DNA of 64,000 nt from Candidatus Bathyarchaeota archaeon (GCA_963811105.1 CAWEPZ010000009.1:96001-160000), one strand, 5' to 3'. Shown: positions 30,350 through 40,381, numbered from the stretch's first letter. The notes: a model not told the origin generated them from the letters alone. Numbers and translations: made by a program.

Positions 30350-31039
30350 ACTACTGAAAGATTTAGTAAAATACTTTAGCGATTCAATGTGCAGTGGCAT
30401 TTGGTTTATGAAATCTTGCAGCTGCAATATAGGTACGATGGGAACGTTATCATAAAACTTGAATGAACTTGGAAGAAGCGATAATACAACTGGGATGAAT
30501 TTGGCGCTACTCCATTTTGTGCATTCAAGTGTTAATTTGATATTGGGTAAAATATCTACCAGAGCGTTTGTTCGCTCTACCTGTGAATCAACAATTCTTC
30601 TCAATGCTGAAGGTGCTATTGAGTGCTGCCAATGTTTACAATCCACACAAATAACTGTGGGTTTTTTGCAGCCGATGACGTCTATTTCGTACTTGCGTGT
30701 GGCATTTTTAAACCGAACGTTGTTTGTTACCGTGTATCCGAAGGTTTTTAGTGCAAAACCAGCTATTTCCTCAAACTCTTGCCAACAAAGCAAATGGCTC
30801 GTCTGCTCTGAATCAGCTCCTAAAGAAACCGCTTTAACAGCTAATTTCAACCGTGCGTTGCTTTCAGCTGTTACCTTGCCTGATTCCAAATTAACTAATC
30901 CTTCATTTTGCAGTTTATCAAGCAACTTCGTTGATGTAGCTGATAATATGCGCGCATCCTTGTTGACATTTTCAGTTAAAACAGCTCCTTTTTTGGTTAA
31001 TTTGAGAAGCGAAATTATCAGATTACGTTCAACACTCAC
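30332..31039 (-). CDS. winged-helix plus Mrr-like restriction endonuclease domain protein
   Basis: WQEFEE...GY-x-V...EIDVIG...VDCKHW. Confidence 0.82.
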   Translation of the reverse strand: MSVERNLIISLLKLTKKGAVLTENVNKDARILSATSTKLLDKLQNEGLVNLESGKVTAESNARLKLAVKAVSLGADSEQTSHLLCWQEFEEIAGFALKTFGYTVTNNVRFKNATRKYEIDVIGCKKPTVICVDCKHWQHSIAPSALRRIVDSQVERTNALVDILPNIKLTLECTKWSSAKFIPVVLSLLPSSFKFYDNVPIVPILQLQDFINQMPLHIESLKYFTKSFSSLSHNF

Positions 31040-31121
31040 TTCAAAACCTCAACCAAATTAATACTTAAGGAGCAAAAAAACTGCTAAAATAATAGAACAT
31101 AACCCTGCATATCGCTGAATC

Positions 31122-31764
31122 GTATACAAAAGCATCAACCAAACATACTTTAAAATAGTTTAAGACATATTATCCTCGAATAATTTCTACGATTCTTTTC
31201 AATAAGCCCCTCTTCGTCCTATTGCTAAAGTTTATGGTTATCTTAGAGAAATACCCTTCTGCTTTCCGCACCATACAAAACCAGCCGTTCTTCGCATCTC
31301 GTAGCTCCTTGGAGACAAGAGATTCAGGGTAATTTGACATATAAACTACATTTATAGACAGGGATATGAAGCTTTTTTAGCTTTTAAATGTAAAATAACT
31401 ACGTTCGATTGTTTTTCGCTAATCAAAATTTTAAGAAATGTGTCTAATTGTGAGGAAAATGTGAGCCCAGGCTAAAAAATTTGAGATGTAAGCTAGGAAA
31501 AATATGAAAATAGCTAATCACTATATGCACGCTTTTGCTTAACCTTAAAGAGGGTGATTACAGGCGCTATTTAGGTTAGTTTACAAGATTTTTTGTGACT
31601 TCATATCTGCCGGAAAAATGCTAAGCATTATGCAGGTTAGTTAAGTTCTCTTTTTGGTTTTAGTTTAATGTATATTTAACCTTCGAGGGGCTTCGAGGGA
31701 ATCCACGGTTCAGGGGCAGCTTGAATCGTAATTCTGAATGTGTTCTGTTGATGCTTTCGTATAC
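31122..31764. mobile_element. 643-bp element bounded by inverted GTATAC-motif copies F and G
   Basis: GTATACAAAAGCATCAACCAAACA vs reverse complement GTATACGAAAGCATCAACAGAACA (21/24 identical). Confidence 0.65.
31170..31340 (-). CDS. 56-aa basic protein inside the F-G element (MSNYPESLVSKELRDAKNGWFCMVRK...)
   Basis: manual translation, intact ATG to TAA. Confidence 0.45.
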   Translation of the reverse strand: MSNYPESLVSKELRDAKNGWFCMVRKAEGYFSKITINFSNRTKRGLLKRIVEIIRG

Positions 31765-31841
31765 CAAGCAGTCCTATCGCAATAAGGCTAAGAAAGTATT
31801 TTGTTTGAATAAAAAACTGAAAATTAAGTTTAAGAAAATAG

Positions 31842-32045
31842 TTATTTCTTTTCGCTTTCTTGGATTTCGCATTGAAGCTTCTTTATTATTTCATCAGCTC
31901 GCAATGGCTCAATTTTGAGCGTGTAGAGTCTACTGGGTGTACGAAGTTTCAATTTAACAATATCTTTAGATCTTTTGACTGAGCAATGCTTTGCTTTTGC
32001 GCTCATTGCTACGAATTTTTCTACATCAGTAATTTCAGATGGCAT
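31842..32045 (-). CDS. rpl38e: 50S ribosomal protein eL38
   Basis: MP-x-EI-x-D...F...VKLKLRT-x-x-RLYTL eL38 signature. Confidence 0.9.
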   Translation of the reverse strand: MPSEITDVEKFVAMSAKAKHCSVKRSKDIVKLKLRTPSRLYTLKIEPLRADEIIKKLQCEIQESEKK

Positions 32046-32200
32046 ACTATATTTCCTCTAACAATTAGCCTTCATGGATACAAAGTCAAGTTTTTATTTG
32101 TTTTGGTGACAAATGGTTTGAAGTATTAGAAATTCAGAATTAAGAAAAAAATGTTGCTGATTCAAACAAGAAGGGTGGAAGTCTGTGTGCCAAAGATTTT

Positions 32201-32401
32201 CTAGGCTTTTTTTGGCCGTATCCCCAGCTTAATGTTTACTTCAACGTTATATTCTTTGTCAGCTTTTCCAACGGAGAAGTTCCAATCCTTAACTTCAACT
32301 TCCATGTCTTTGAATTGACTAGCCATTGCATCTTTGTATTCTTGAGCTGTTTGGCCGATTTTCTGGAGTTTCTCAGTTATATTGATGGATGGTTCAGGCA
32401 T
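32201..32401 (-). CDS. small hypothetical protein
   Basis: 66-aa ORF with strong GGAGGTG SD. Confidence 0.8.
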   Translation of the reverse strand: MPEPSINITEKLQKIGQTAQEYKDAMASQFKDMEVEVKDWNFSVGKADKEYNVEVNIKLGIRPKKA

Positions 32402-32567
32402 GAATTACACCTCCTAAATTGCTAAGCGAAATACGAGTTTGTGACTGTTAATTGCTTTTAAGAATTTGTGACTGCGTAGCGACAACAGCAAGAGTATTTC
32501 TCGCCTTACAGGTTAAGTGGAAAAGAAATTTTCAGGTTGGATCTTATGAAATTTGTTTTGTTTGGAA

Positions 32568-32873
32568 CTAATTTGGGGCTGGGTAGTCTTCGGGGTGTGC
32601 ATGAGGATGGTTAATGCCGTAATACAGTGCTACTGCGAATAGCGGCAAGAAAACTGCTTCAATTATGGCTGCGAGGATGATGTTGTTCGTGTGGCTTTCG
32701 TTTGTTTGGTCGGTGATTGTGACGTTGTTTCCAGTTTGAAGTCCCTGGTTATCTTGAACAATTATTAGATTATCTAAGTCGTGGTCAGCTTGGAGAATGA
32801 AAACAATGGGAGGAACAACTAAGGCAATAGCCAAAAATACACCTGCTAAAGCAAAAACGGCTTTTCTGTGCAT
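32568..32873 (-). CDS. small two-TM membrane protein
   Basis: two hydrophobic helices around a polar loop. Confidence 0.7.
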   Translation of the reverse strand: MHRKAVFALAGVFLAIALVVPPIVFILQADHDLDNLIIVQDNQGLQTGNNVTITDQTNESHTNNIILAAIIEAVFLPLFAVALYYGINHPHAHPEDYPAPN

Positions 32874-33365
32874 AAATATCAAAAAGATATTGTTTTTCAA
32901 AGTAATAAGCATTAATGTTTGGTTGTTGGCATGCCAGCCGAGTTTGTCCTTGGTTAGTCTCAGGGGGTTTAGCAAACACGTCGAAGTTAATTTCTCGCAT
33001 TCTACGCTTTGTCAACCGTATTATTCTTTATATTATTGAATCCACGAGATCTAAAACAATTTTATTCAAACGATCATTTCATCGTTTATAGTAATTTCAA
33101 AATAATCTTATAAAACATCGAAAAACTCCTACTTTAACTCGAATTTTTAATAATATATTTGTTTCGGAAAGATGCTGATGAGGAATTTTTGCTTTCATTA
33201 AGAGTTCTTTCATGTTAGTATCGCGGTGGATAAATTACGTTTAAAAATCTAAGATTAAAATCCTGTCTAGATGCCCAGCGCTGAACCCTCAATAAAACGG
33301 TTTATAGACCAGCTTCCAATTAATCATTTTAGGCAAGTTAGATAGCAATTATCAGGCGATTTTTT

Positions 33366-35912
33366 CTGAATACTCAAGATAGCGAAAATCAACCTTCGTT
33401 TTGGAGCGTTCAACCTTCTGAAGTTCTTCAACAACTTCAGACGACACCGAAGGGTTTGACTGAAGATGAGGCAGAAAAAAGACTCACAAAATATGGCTCA
33501 AATCTTCTTAAGCCAAAGAAAAAATCCGACTCGCTAACGCTCCTGATAACTCAATTCAAGAGCCCACTAATCCTCATTCTTATCTTTGCAGGAGCCTTGT
33601 CATTATATCTTGACTTATCTGCGAGAACTTTGCCTACAAATGCAATAATTATCATAACGATAATTCTCATAAGCAGCCTTCTAGGGTTCTGGCAGGAAAG
33701 AGGAGCAGCAAACGCAGTAGAAAAGTTGTTGGCTATAGTTCAGACTAAAGCAACAGTGGTTCGCGATGGCAAATCACAGGAGATTCCAGTTGAAAAAATT
33801 GTGCCAGGCGATGTCATCGTTCTCAACGCTGGAGACTTAATACCTGGAGATGCCATAATTATTGAATCTAAGGATCTCTTCGTAAACGAAGCTCCCTTGA
33901 CGGGTGAAACTTTTCCAGCTGAGAAAACAGTGGGGATTCTACCGCCAGCTACAACACTTAGCAAGCGGACAAATAGTCTTTTTATGGGAACAAACGTTGT
34001 CAGCGGTAACGCAAACGCCGTCGTCGTTGGAACAGGGTTACAAACAGAGTTCGGCAAAGTCTCCGAACGCCTGAAACTTAGACCGCCTGAAACAGAGTTT
34101 GAGCACGGGGTCAAACATTTCGGGTATTTTCTAATGGAAATTACGTTGGTGCTTGTGGTCGCCACCTTAGCCATAAACGTGTATTTTGCTCGTTCAGTGC
34201 TGGATTCACTTCTCTTTTCCTTAGCGCTCGCCGTTGGATTAACCCCCCAACTGCTGCCCGCCATTATTAGCATTAACTTAGCTCATGGAGCCAAGATCAT
34301 GGCAACCCAGAAGGTGATTGTTAAACGGCTCGCATCCATCGAGAACTTCGGCAGTATGAACGTACTCTGTTCTGACAAAACAGGAACCCTAACCGAAGGC
34401 ATAATAAAAATACAGTCAGTCCTCGACTTTAATGGTAATCCGAGTCAAAAAGCACAGCTTTACGTTTACCTCAACGCTTCTTACCAGTCCGGTTTTACGA
34501 ATCCGATTGATGATGCCATCTGTGGCGCTCAAGTAGATACGTCAGGCTACACGAAGCTAGACGAGGTGCCTTACGATTTTATTCGAAAGCGACTAAGTAT
34601 CTTAGTGTCAAAAGATAACAAGAATTTGATGGTTACCAAAGGCGCCCTGCAAAACGTGCTTGACGTATGCACCTTGGTTGAAACTTCCGAAACAACAACC
34701 GTACCTATAAATGGGGTTCAAAACCAAATCCAAAAACGTTTTGAAGAACTAAGCACCAAAGGATTTCGCGTACTAGGGATAGCTTACAAAGACACGGGAT
34801 CTGACAAACTCGTCACCAAAGACAGCGAAATAGGTATGACCTTCATAGGATTCCTCGTTCTCTTTGATCCTGCAAAGCCTAAAATCGCAGAAACCATCAG
34901 CGATTTGAAGCGTCTTGGAATTTCCTTAAAGATCGTGACAGGAGATAACCGATTGGTTGCCGCAAGCATCAGTCAACAAGTTGGATTTCCAAATCCAAAA
35001 ATCCTTGCAGGTTCCGATCTTAGTATCTTAAGCGACGAAGCATTGCTCAGACAGGTAAATGAAGTAAATGTTTTCGCGGAGGTTGAACCAAACCAGAAGG
35101 AACGCATCATTCTCGCACTCAAAAAAGCTGGAAACGTAGTTGGCTACATGGGCGATGGAATCAACGATGCCTCCGCCCTTCACGCTGCCGATGTTGGTCT
35201 TTCGGTCGAAAGCGCAGTAGATGTTGCTAAAGAATCAGCCGACATTGTTTTGCTTGAAAAAGACTTAGGTGTACTAGCCAACGGAGTGAAAGAGGGCAGA
35301 AAAACCTTTGCCAACACACTAAAATACGTATTTATGGCTACAAGCGCAAATTTCGGAAACATGTTCAGCATGGCAGGCGCATCTCTGTTTTTGTCTTTTC
35401 TGCCTCTTTTGCCAGGGCAGATTTTGCTTACAAATCTGATGACTGATTTCCCAGAGACAACCATTGGGACAGATAACGTGGATAACGAAATGGTTGAACA
35501 ACCAAGACGTTGGAATGTAGCTTTCATCCGCAATTTCATGATAGTTTTCGGAATCTTAAGCTCAGTTTTTGATTATATTGCATTTGGCGTACTGATTTTT
35601 GTTCTGCACAGCCCTCAGGACCTTTTTAGGACTGGATGGTTCATAGAATCAGTTCTTTCTGCAAGTTTAATCGTGCTGGTTATTCGGAGCAGAAGACCGT
35701 TCTTTAAAAGTTTTCCAGGGAAGTATTTGCTTATAGCCACCTTAGTGATTGTTGGTGCCACGCTTATCTTCCCATTCACTCCACTTGGCAAACTATTTGG
35801 TTTCACCCAGCCGCAGCTGTTAGTTCTTGTTTTGATGACAATAATTGTTACATTCTACATAATCGCGGGCGAGGTAGTAAAAGGAATTTTCTACAAGCGG
35901 GCAAAATTCTGA
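33366..35912 (+). CDS. mgtA: Mg2+-translocating P-type ATPase, probable CTG start
   Basis: TGET, DKTGTLT, YDFIRKRLS, GDGINDA, SANFGNMFS; conserved FWS...GLT N-terminus lies upstream of the tracked start. Confidence 0.93.
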   Translation: MNTQDSENQPSFWSVQPSEVLQQLQTTPKGLTEDEAEKRLTKYGSNLLKPKKKSDSLTLLITQFKSPLILILIFAGALSLYLDLSARTLPTNAIIIITIILISSLLGFWQERGAANAVEKLLAIVQTKATVVRDGKSQEIPVEKIVPGDVIVLNAGDLIPGDAIIIESKDLFVNEAPLTGETFPAEKTVGILPPATTLSKRTNSLFMGTNVVSGNANAVVVGTGLQTEFGKVSERLKLRPPETEFEHGVKHFGYFLMEITLVLVVATLAINVYFARSVLDSLLFSLALAVGLTPQLLPAIISINLAHGAKIMATQKVIVKRLASIENFGSMNVLCSDKTGTLTEGIIKIQSVLDFNGNPSQKAQLYVYLNASYQSGFTNPIDDAICGAQVDTSGYTKLDEVPYDFIRKRLSILVSKDNKNLMVTKGALQNVLDVCTLVETSETTTVPINGVQNQIQKRFEELSTKGFRVLGIAYKDTGSDKLVTKDSEIGMTFIGFLVLFDPAKPKIAETISDLKRLGISLKIVTGDNRLVAASISQQVGFPNPKILAGSDLSILSDEALLRQVNEVNVFAEVEPNQKERIILALKKAGNVVGYMGDGINDASALHAADVGLSVESAVDVAKESADIVLLEKDLGVLANGVKEGRKTFANTLKYVFMATSANFGNMFSMAGASLFLSFLPLLPGQILLTNLMTDFPETTIGTDNVDNEMVEQPRRWNVAFIRNFMIVFGILSSVFDYIAFGVLIFVLHSPQDLFRTGWFIESVLSASLIVLVIRSRRPFFKSFPGKYLLIATLVIVGATLIFPFTPLGKLFGFTQPQLLVLVLMTIIVTFYIIAGEVVKGIFYKRAKF

Positions 35913-36043
35913 AGACTGCACAACCTGCGAATACACTTTCAGAGAGTCCATATAAATCGATATTTTCTCAATTAATTTTCTTGAATTCAGGCAATGTAAA
36001 AAACTTTATACATCAAAATCTCATTAATTAAATAGTGATTTTT

Positions 36044-36355
36044 ATGAGTAAAAATAAACTTGACAAAAGCAAGGTCATTGGGACAAATTGTTATAACTGC
36101 AAATTCATAGCCGAAAAAGAAATCGCGGTAGATCCAAAAGAGTTAAACGAGGAAGGCGGAATTGACCCAAGCAACAAGGAAGAAATGGAAAGAGCCAAAA
36201 AAGCCGACTTGATAACGCTACCAGGCGGATCTAAAGCAGACGCAACAAGTAAAAAACTATGTTACAACGAACAAGTAAAAATGAACGTTACTGTCCGCAT
36301 GTGCTGCGCATACTGGGATAATGTCGGCGTTAAAAGACCATGGAAAAAGACCTGA
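36044..36355 (+). CDS. hypothetical protein with CxxC...C...CC putative metal site
   Basis: NCYNCKF, LC, MCCAYWD. Confidence 0.75.
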   Translation: MSKNKLDKSKVIGTNCYNCKFIAEKEIAVDPKELNEEGGIDPSNKEEMERAKKADLITLPGGSKADATSKKLCYNEQVKMNVTVRMCCAYWDNVGVKRPWKKT

Positions 36356-36410
36356 GATAAGTCTGCCATAACATGGGTTCTTAAACTGCCTGCTTGATTT
36401 TTTTATAATC

Positions 36411-36974
36411 CTATTCTGTTTTGTTGTTTTCTGAAGGATAAGTGATTTTTGTTCCTTCAACTTTAATCCACGGTGTGAGTGTGTGCTTTAGACTTTTCTC
36501 ATTGTTCATTATATGTTCAACCTTGAGACCTCTGACCAAAAGAGCATCAGCTATAAGAGAACGATGGCATCGCCAAGGCAAACTTTCAGCACACATAACA
36601 GCAACCTGCTCTTTCTTCGCCGCTTCAATAAGCGTATTTAGGCTCTCCTTAAACTCTGGTGTTTGCATATAGTCAGCGTAACCCCTGAATGATGCGTTGC
36701 GCCAGCCTTTGTTGGGAGAATCAACTTTTGTATGCCTCAAACCACCCAGTCCATCAATATGCATATAGCCAATTCCAGCTGAGAGTAGACTTGTGGGAAG
36801 AGTTTCTTTGTTAAATTGAGGATTATGTCTCGACCGCGGGATTGTTCGCACGTCCACAATTTTTTCTATTTTAAATTTCTCGATAATTTTGATGAATTCT
36901 TCAAGTGTATGTGTAGAGTGCCCTATTGTAAATACAGTCAATAACGGTTTGGATTCATGTGCTACTTTTTTCAT
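36411..36974 (-). CDS. DUF488 family protein
   Basis: FTIGHST, VDVRTIPRSR, MCAE-x-x-x-WRCHR. Confidence 0.93.
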   Translation of the reverse strand: MKKVAHESKPLLTVFTIGHSTHTLEEFIKIIEKFKIEKIVDVRTIPRSRHNPQFNKETLPTSLLSAGIGYMHIDGLGGLRHTKVDSPNKGWRNASFRGYADYMQTPEFKESLNTLIEAAKKEQVAVMCAESLPWRCHRSLIADALLVRGLKVEHIMNNEKSLKHTLTPWIKVEGTKITYPSENNKTE

Positions 36975-37905
36975 GCAGGTAATCCTCTTCGGTTAGACGA
37001 TTCAGTAACAAATGAAAATATATGAGGCCCCCGTAAGGTTTCCACTGTGCTACTATCTTTAGGGTTTCTTCGTAGCTCAATTTTCTGGGTGGCTTAAGCC
37101 AACGTTGAAGGTTTCGATGTCCGCCGACATCGTCAGCGGGGAAAACGTTTAGCCGCCCTAGCCCTCGCAGAAGAATGTAATCAGCTGTCCAAGGTCCAAT
37201 TCCCCTCAGTCGAAACAACTGTTCCAATGCTTCATCGTCATTCAACACTTTTATTTGCTCAAGGTTGACTTGTCCAGCAACAATTGCCTGAGCTAGCTCA
37301 ATTATGGCTCGCCCTTTTTGGTGGCTAAAGCCTAACTTTCTAAAATCCTCAGCTTTCAACTTTGACAGATCTTCGGGTCTAGGGAAAGCGTAACTAACGG
37401 TGTCCTTCCATAGTATGGATTTTCCATATGTTGAAACTAAACGGTTAAGCAGAATTATGCCAAGATTCAAAGAGATTTCTTGGCATGCTACACCATTCAC
37501 GAATGCTTCAAAAACGGTTGGGAAGCGGGGAGGTTTAAGCCCACAGAAACGGTCTGCCAGAGAATTTAACTTTTCATCTTTGGAAGCAAATTGATAAAAC
37601 TTGGAGAGGTCAGCCTTAATGCTAAGGCACTTCTCAACAGCCTCTGCAGCATCATTTTCGATTTGGGAATCTAAGCGCAATCCAGCTAAGTCTACTTTTA
37701 GGAAAATATTGCCTTTATCAAACGTCTGGGTGACCGTAGTCTCTACAGGTATCCCTCTGATAACTAACACCCTTCTCCAACTTTCGTCAACCCATCGATC
37801 AACGATATTATTCAAGCGCCGTCGCAACGCCCAAGCTGTCAAATCTAGCCGAAAAGGCACAATCGGATTCAACTTGAAAGACAAATTCTCCATTGAATTC
37901 ATCAA
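36955..37905 (-). CDS. alkA: DNA-3-methyladenine glycosylase II (AlkA family)
   Basis: HhH LRGIGPWTADYILLRGLG, FPADD, W-x-PY. Confidence 0.92.
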   Translation of the reverse strand: MMNSMENLSFKLNPIVPFRLDLTAWALRRRLNNIVDRWVDESWRRVLVIRGIPVETTVTQTFDKGNIFLKVDLAGLRLDSQIENDAAEAVEKCLSIKADLSKFYQFASKDEKLNSLADRFCGLKPPRFPTVFEAFVNGVACQEISLNLGIILLNRLVSTYGKSILWKDTVSYAFPRPEDLSKLKAEDFRKLGFSHQKGRAIIELAQAIVAGQVNLEQIKVLNDDEALEQLFRLRGIGPWTADYILLRGLGRLNVFPADDVGGHRNLQRWLKPPRKLSYEETLKIVAQWKPYGGLIYFHLLLNRLTEEDYLHEKSST

Positions 37906-37999
37906 TCGTCCATTATATTGAAATAGGCTTCAATTTTCGAATTATCAGTCGTCTTTTTGTTTTGCAATCTCTCCAAGAAAAAAACAGAAGAAGAAAGGT

Positions 38000-38239
38000 C
38001 TACTTAGATAGAACTCCGACGAGTTTCATTCTATCCATGACATCTTCGCCGTGAGGGGCAATTTCCATCTGTTCTGTTAGATCCTCGCCTGCTGCATGAC
38101 CCAAGTGATCACCTTCCAACCATTGGGAAGAATCGGTTACATCATAGACTTTACCTTTGTGAGCAACATATGCTGGTCGACCTTCTTTGCCATCAAATTT
38201 ACCAAGTTCGTCAAGCGTAAATTTTCGAGTAGTTTCCAT
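38000..38239 (-). CDS. cytochrome b5-like heme/steroid-binding protein
   Basis: FTLDEL-x-x-FDG...GKVYDVT...H-x-AG-x-DLT...APHG. Confidence 0.92.
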   Translation of the reverse strand: METTRKFTLDELGKFDGKEGRPAYVAHKGKVYDVTDSSQWLEGDHLGHAAGEDLTEQMEIAPHGEDVMDRMKLVGVLSK

Positions 38240-38372
38240 TTCAAAAAACACCACAGTTGATAGTGTCAACTCCAATTCTTAAAGCCTACTTTATGGGAGT
38301 TCGTCGCGAGGACTTTATGGCTCGACAAGAGTTATTAACAATGGCAACTGAAGTTCTATTTTGTGGTTTAGT

Positions 38373-38858
38373 ATGGATTTTGAAATTCCTAAATCAATAA
38401 AGTTGGAGCATGATGAACTCCATGAAGACCTTGAAGAAGCAACAATGGAACCTGGTTCAGTTGGAGACGCAGCAAAAGCTGTGCAAGAGGTTCTGCAGCC
38501 ACATTTTTTAAAGGAGGAAGAATTCGCATTGACGCCACTTGGATTGATATCTAAACTTTCGAACGGCCAAATAACACTAGAAATGAAAGATGCAATAGCT
38601 ATGTCAGAGAGACTACGGGCAGAACTTAACCAGATGCTCAAAGAACACAGAGAAATAGTTGCTCGCCTCAAAATATTGACAGAAGCGTCTCTGAAAGAAA
38701 ACAAGTTTGATTATGTCCAATTTGCAGAAAAATTATCATTGCATGCGCAAACCGAAGAAGAGGTGCTCTATCCAGCAGCCATTTTAGTTGGTAAGTATTT
38801 GAAACTGCAATTAAAAAATAAATTTTCATTGAAATATCATCATGACATGTTGAGTTAA
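38373..38858 (+). CDS. hemerythrin HHE domain protein
   Basis: EH-x-ELH, HF-x-KEEE, EH, HA-x-x-EEEVLYP. Confidence 0.9.
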   Translation: MDFEIPKSIKLEHDELHEDLEEATMEPGSVGDAAKAVQEVLQPHFLKEEEFALTPLGLISKLSNGQITLEMKDAIAMSERLRAELNQMLKEHREIVARLKILTEASLKENKFDYVQFAEKLSLHAQTEEEVLYPAAILVGKYLKLQLKNKFSLKYHHDMLS

Positions 38859-38963
38859 ACAAGATCGTGGAGCGCTAAGAGATGCCTCTGCAAAATCCCT
38901 TCTAATCCTTCCAATGATTACGGTGCGAACTTTTTCTCAAGAAAAATATTTCAGTTTTGTATT

Positions 38964-39284
38964 CTATATTTGGTCGATTTTTGATGCGAGAATGAAGTCA
39001 AGTTTGGATAATGCTCCAGTGCAAAACGTTGTTATCGTTAGTTTCACGTTATTGATGTTCCATAACACAATGTCAGGATGGTGATTTTCAGCTGAGGCAA
39101 TGTAGGCAACTTTGATAATGAAATTGATAGCTTGTTCAAAGTTGTTGAATTTGAAAGTTTTTTCTATAGTTGTGCCTTCCAACTGCCAGCCTCGAAGTAT
39201 TTTGATTGCCTCTGTTATTTCTTTTTTTGTCAAACTAACTTCTGCTTCTTTCCAGTCGATTTTTTCTGATTTCTTGATTGACAT
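38964..39284 (-). CDS. pterin-4-alpha-carbinolamine dehydratase family protein
   Basis: F-x-F-x-NF-x-x-A, ENHHPDI, LS-x-LDF-x-LA-x-KID. Confidence 0.9.
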   Translation of the reverse strand: MSIKKSEKIDWKEAEVSLTKKEITEAIKILRGWQLEGTTIEKTFKFNNFEQAINFIIKVAYIASAENHHPDIVLWNINNVKLTITTFCTGALSKLDFILASKIDQI

Positions 39285-39420
39285 TTTTATTCTCTTCGAA
39301 TTATTTTTTTTAGTTTGGTCTCAATGTATTCTTTTTAGGCATTAGCGTGTTTAATTTTTCTTCTTTTGAGCCAAATACAAAGATAACTAGAAGTCTTGAC
39401 GTAGGCTCTCACTTGCCTTT

Positions 39421-39639
39421 CTATTTTTTGCTTATCTTTTTGAGGGCTGAGCCTTTGTGCATGGCTAAATGTTCGGTTTTGTTGCTCTTAATCAAATATT
39501 GCGGTTCCTCCTTCGAGGCGTGAACCGTGTACCCTTTGAATTCGATTTCGGAGGTAATTTTTTTCTTTATAGTTCCCTGAACTCTGCCTGCTTCTGAATT
39601 CCACTCAACATCATCGCCTACTTTGAAATCGTTATCCAT
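39421..39639 (-). CDS. DUF2945 / Hva1 TUDOR-like protein
   Basis: FKVGD-x-V-x-WNSEAG...AS-x-x-EPQY-x-IKS-x-KT-x-H-x-AMHK. Confidence 0.88.
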   Translation of the reverse strand: MDNDFKVGDDVEWNSEAGRVQGTIKKKITSEIEFKGYTVHASKEEPQYLIKSNKTEHLAMHKGSALKKISKK

Positions 39640-39648
39640 AAGCCAACT

Positions 39649-39969
39649 TCAATCCTCTTTTGCGAGTTTCTCTGCTAATTCAGCTCCCTTCTCTGTGAGT
39701 TCGTATTGTCGGTAGGTGTTGTGATTAGTGTTTTTGGTGTTGCCTTTGATTAAGCTGGCTTTTTCGAGCATGCATAAATCTGCTTGCTCTTTCTTTGAAT
39801 CGGCTTGTTTAGTTCCTTCAAAGGAAATTAAAACGTCGATTCCCTTAAAACCGGCAATTTTTAAGAGGAGAGATTTGTAGCGCTGAAATGCTTGCTCAAC
39901 TGCGTTTTCTTCTCGTTTATAGTTTTCTTCAGCTACTTTATTCAAAATTGTTCTTAATTCCAAAGACAT
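39649..39969 (-). CDS. hypothetical protein with winged-helix-like C-terminus
   Basis: LEKASLI...YELTEKG. Confidence 0.7.
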   Translation of the reverse strand: MSLELRTILNKVAEENYKREENAVEQAFQRYKSLLLKIAGFKGIDVLISFEGTKQADSKKEQADLCMLEKASLIKGNTKNTNHNTYRQYELTEKGAELAEKLAKED

Positions 39970-40307
39970 ACTAAACACCTAACCAAAATTTAACGATTCT
40001 TTTTTCCATTCTAACCAGAACTCTTCAAGTTATACTATGGAAACCGTTCGATTTGAACCTGCATACCTGAGGAGACATCACCCCCCTTTTTTGTCATTTC
40101 AGAACTATATTTTCTTGTTTAGTAATGTTCCAATAAATCATCATTGCATTGGTATGGACGGTGAAGGGATGAATAACTCGCGGCTTAGGACCCGTATTAA
40201 CTAAAGCTGTTTGATAAACACAAATAGAGTAATTAGTCAATTAGTTCACAATTATTAAACGCACAAATGGGAATTTTCCTCAAAATTGTGGCAAAATAAT
40301 ATAAAAA

Positions 40308-40381
40308 TGGGCCGTACCGGATTTGAACCGGTGATCTTCGCCGCGTGAGGGCGACGTCCTAGCCAGCTAGACTAACGGCCC
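40308..40381 (-). tRNA. tRNA-Val(CAC)
   Basis: GGGCCGT...ACGGCCC A; anticodon arm TCGCC-CT-CAC-GC-GGCGA; GGTTCAAATCC. Confidence 0.96.

Noticed and set aside
30459-31061. Long opposite-strand ORFs (also 33740-34273, 59668-60144, 63508-63996)
   Set aside because: Shadows of well-supported genes on the other strand, with no motifs of their own.
21490-31764. GTATAC motif copies as a CRISPR array or dif-like Xer sites
   Set aside because: Spacing is 0.2-4 kb, orientations are mixed, no cas genes are present, and there is no 11-6-11 dyad symmetry.
40098-40146. Possible box C/D sRNA on the minus strand (ATGATGA...CTGA)
   Set aside because: No recognisable C'/D' boxes, and the AT-rich guides lack an evident target.
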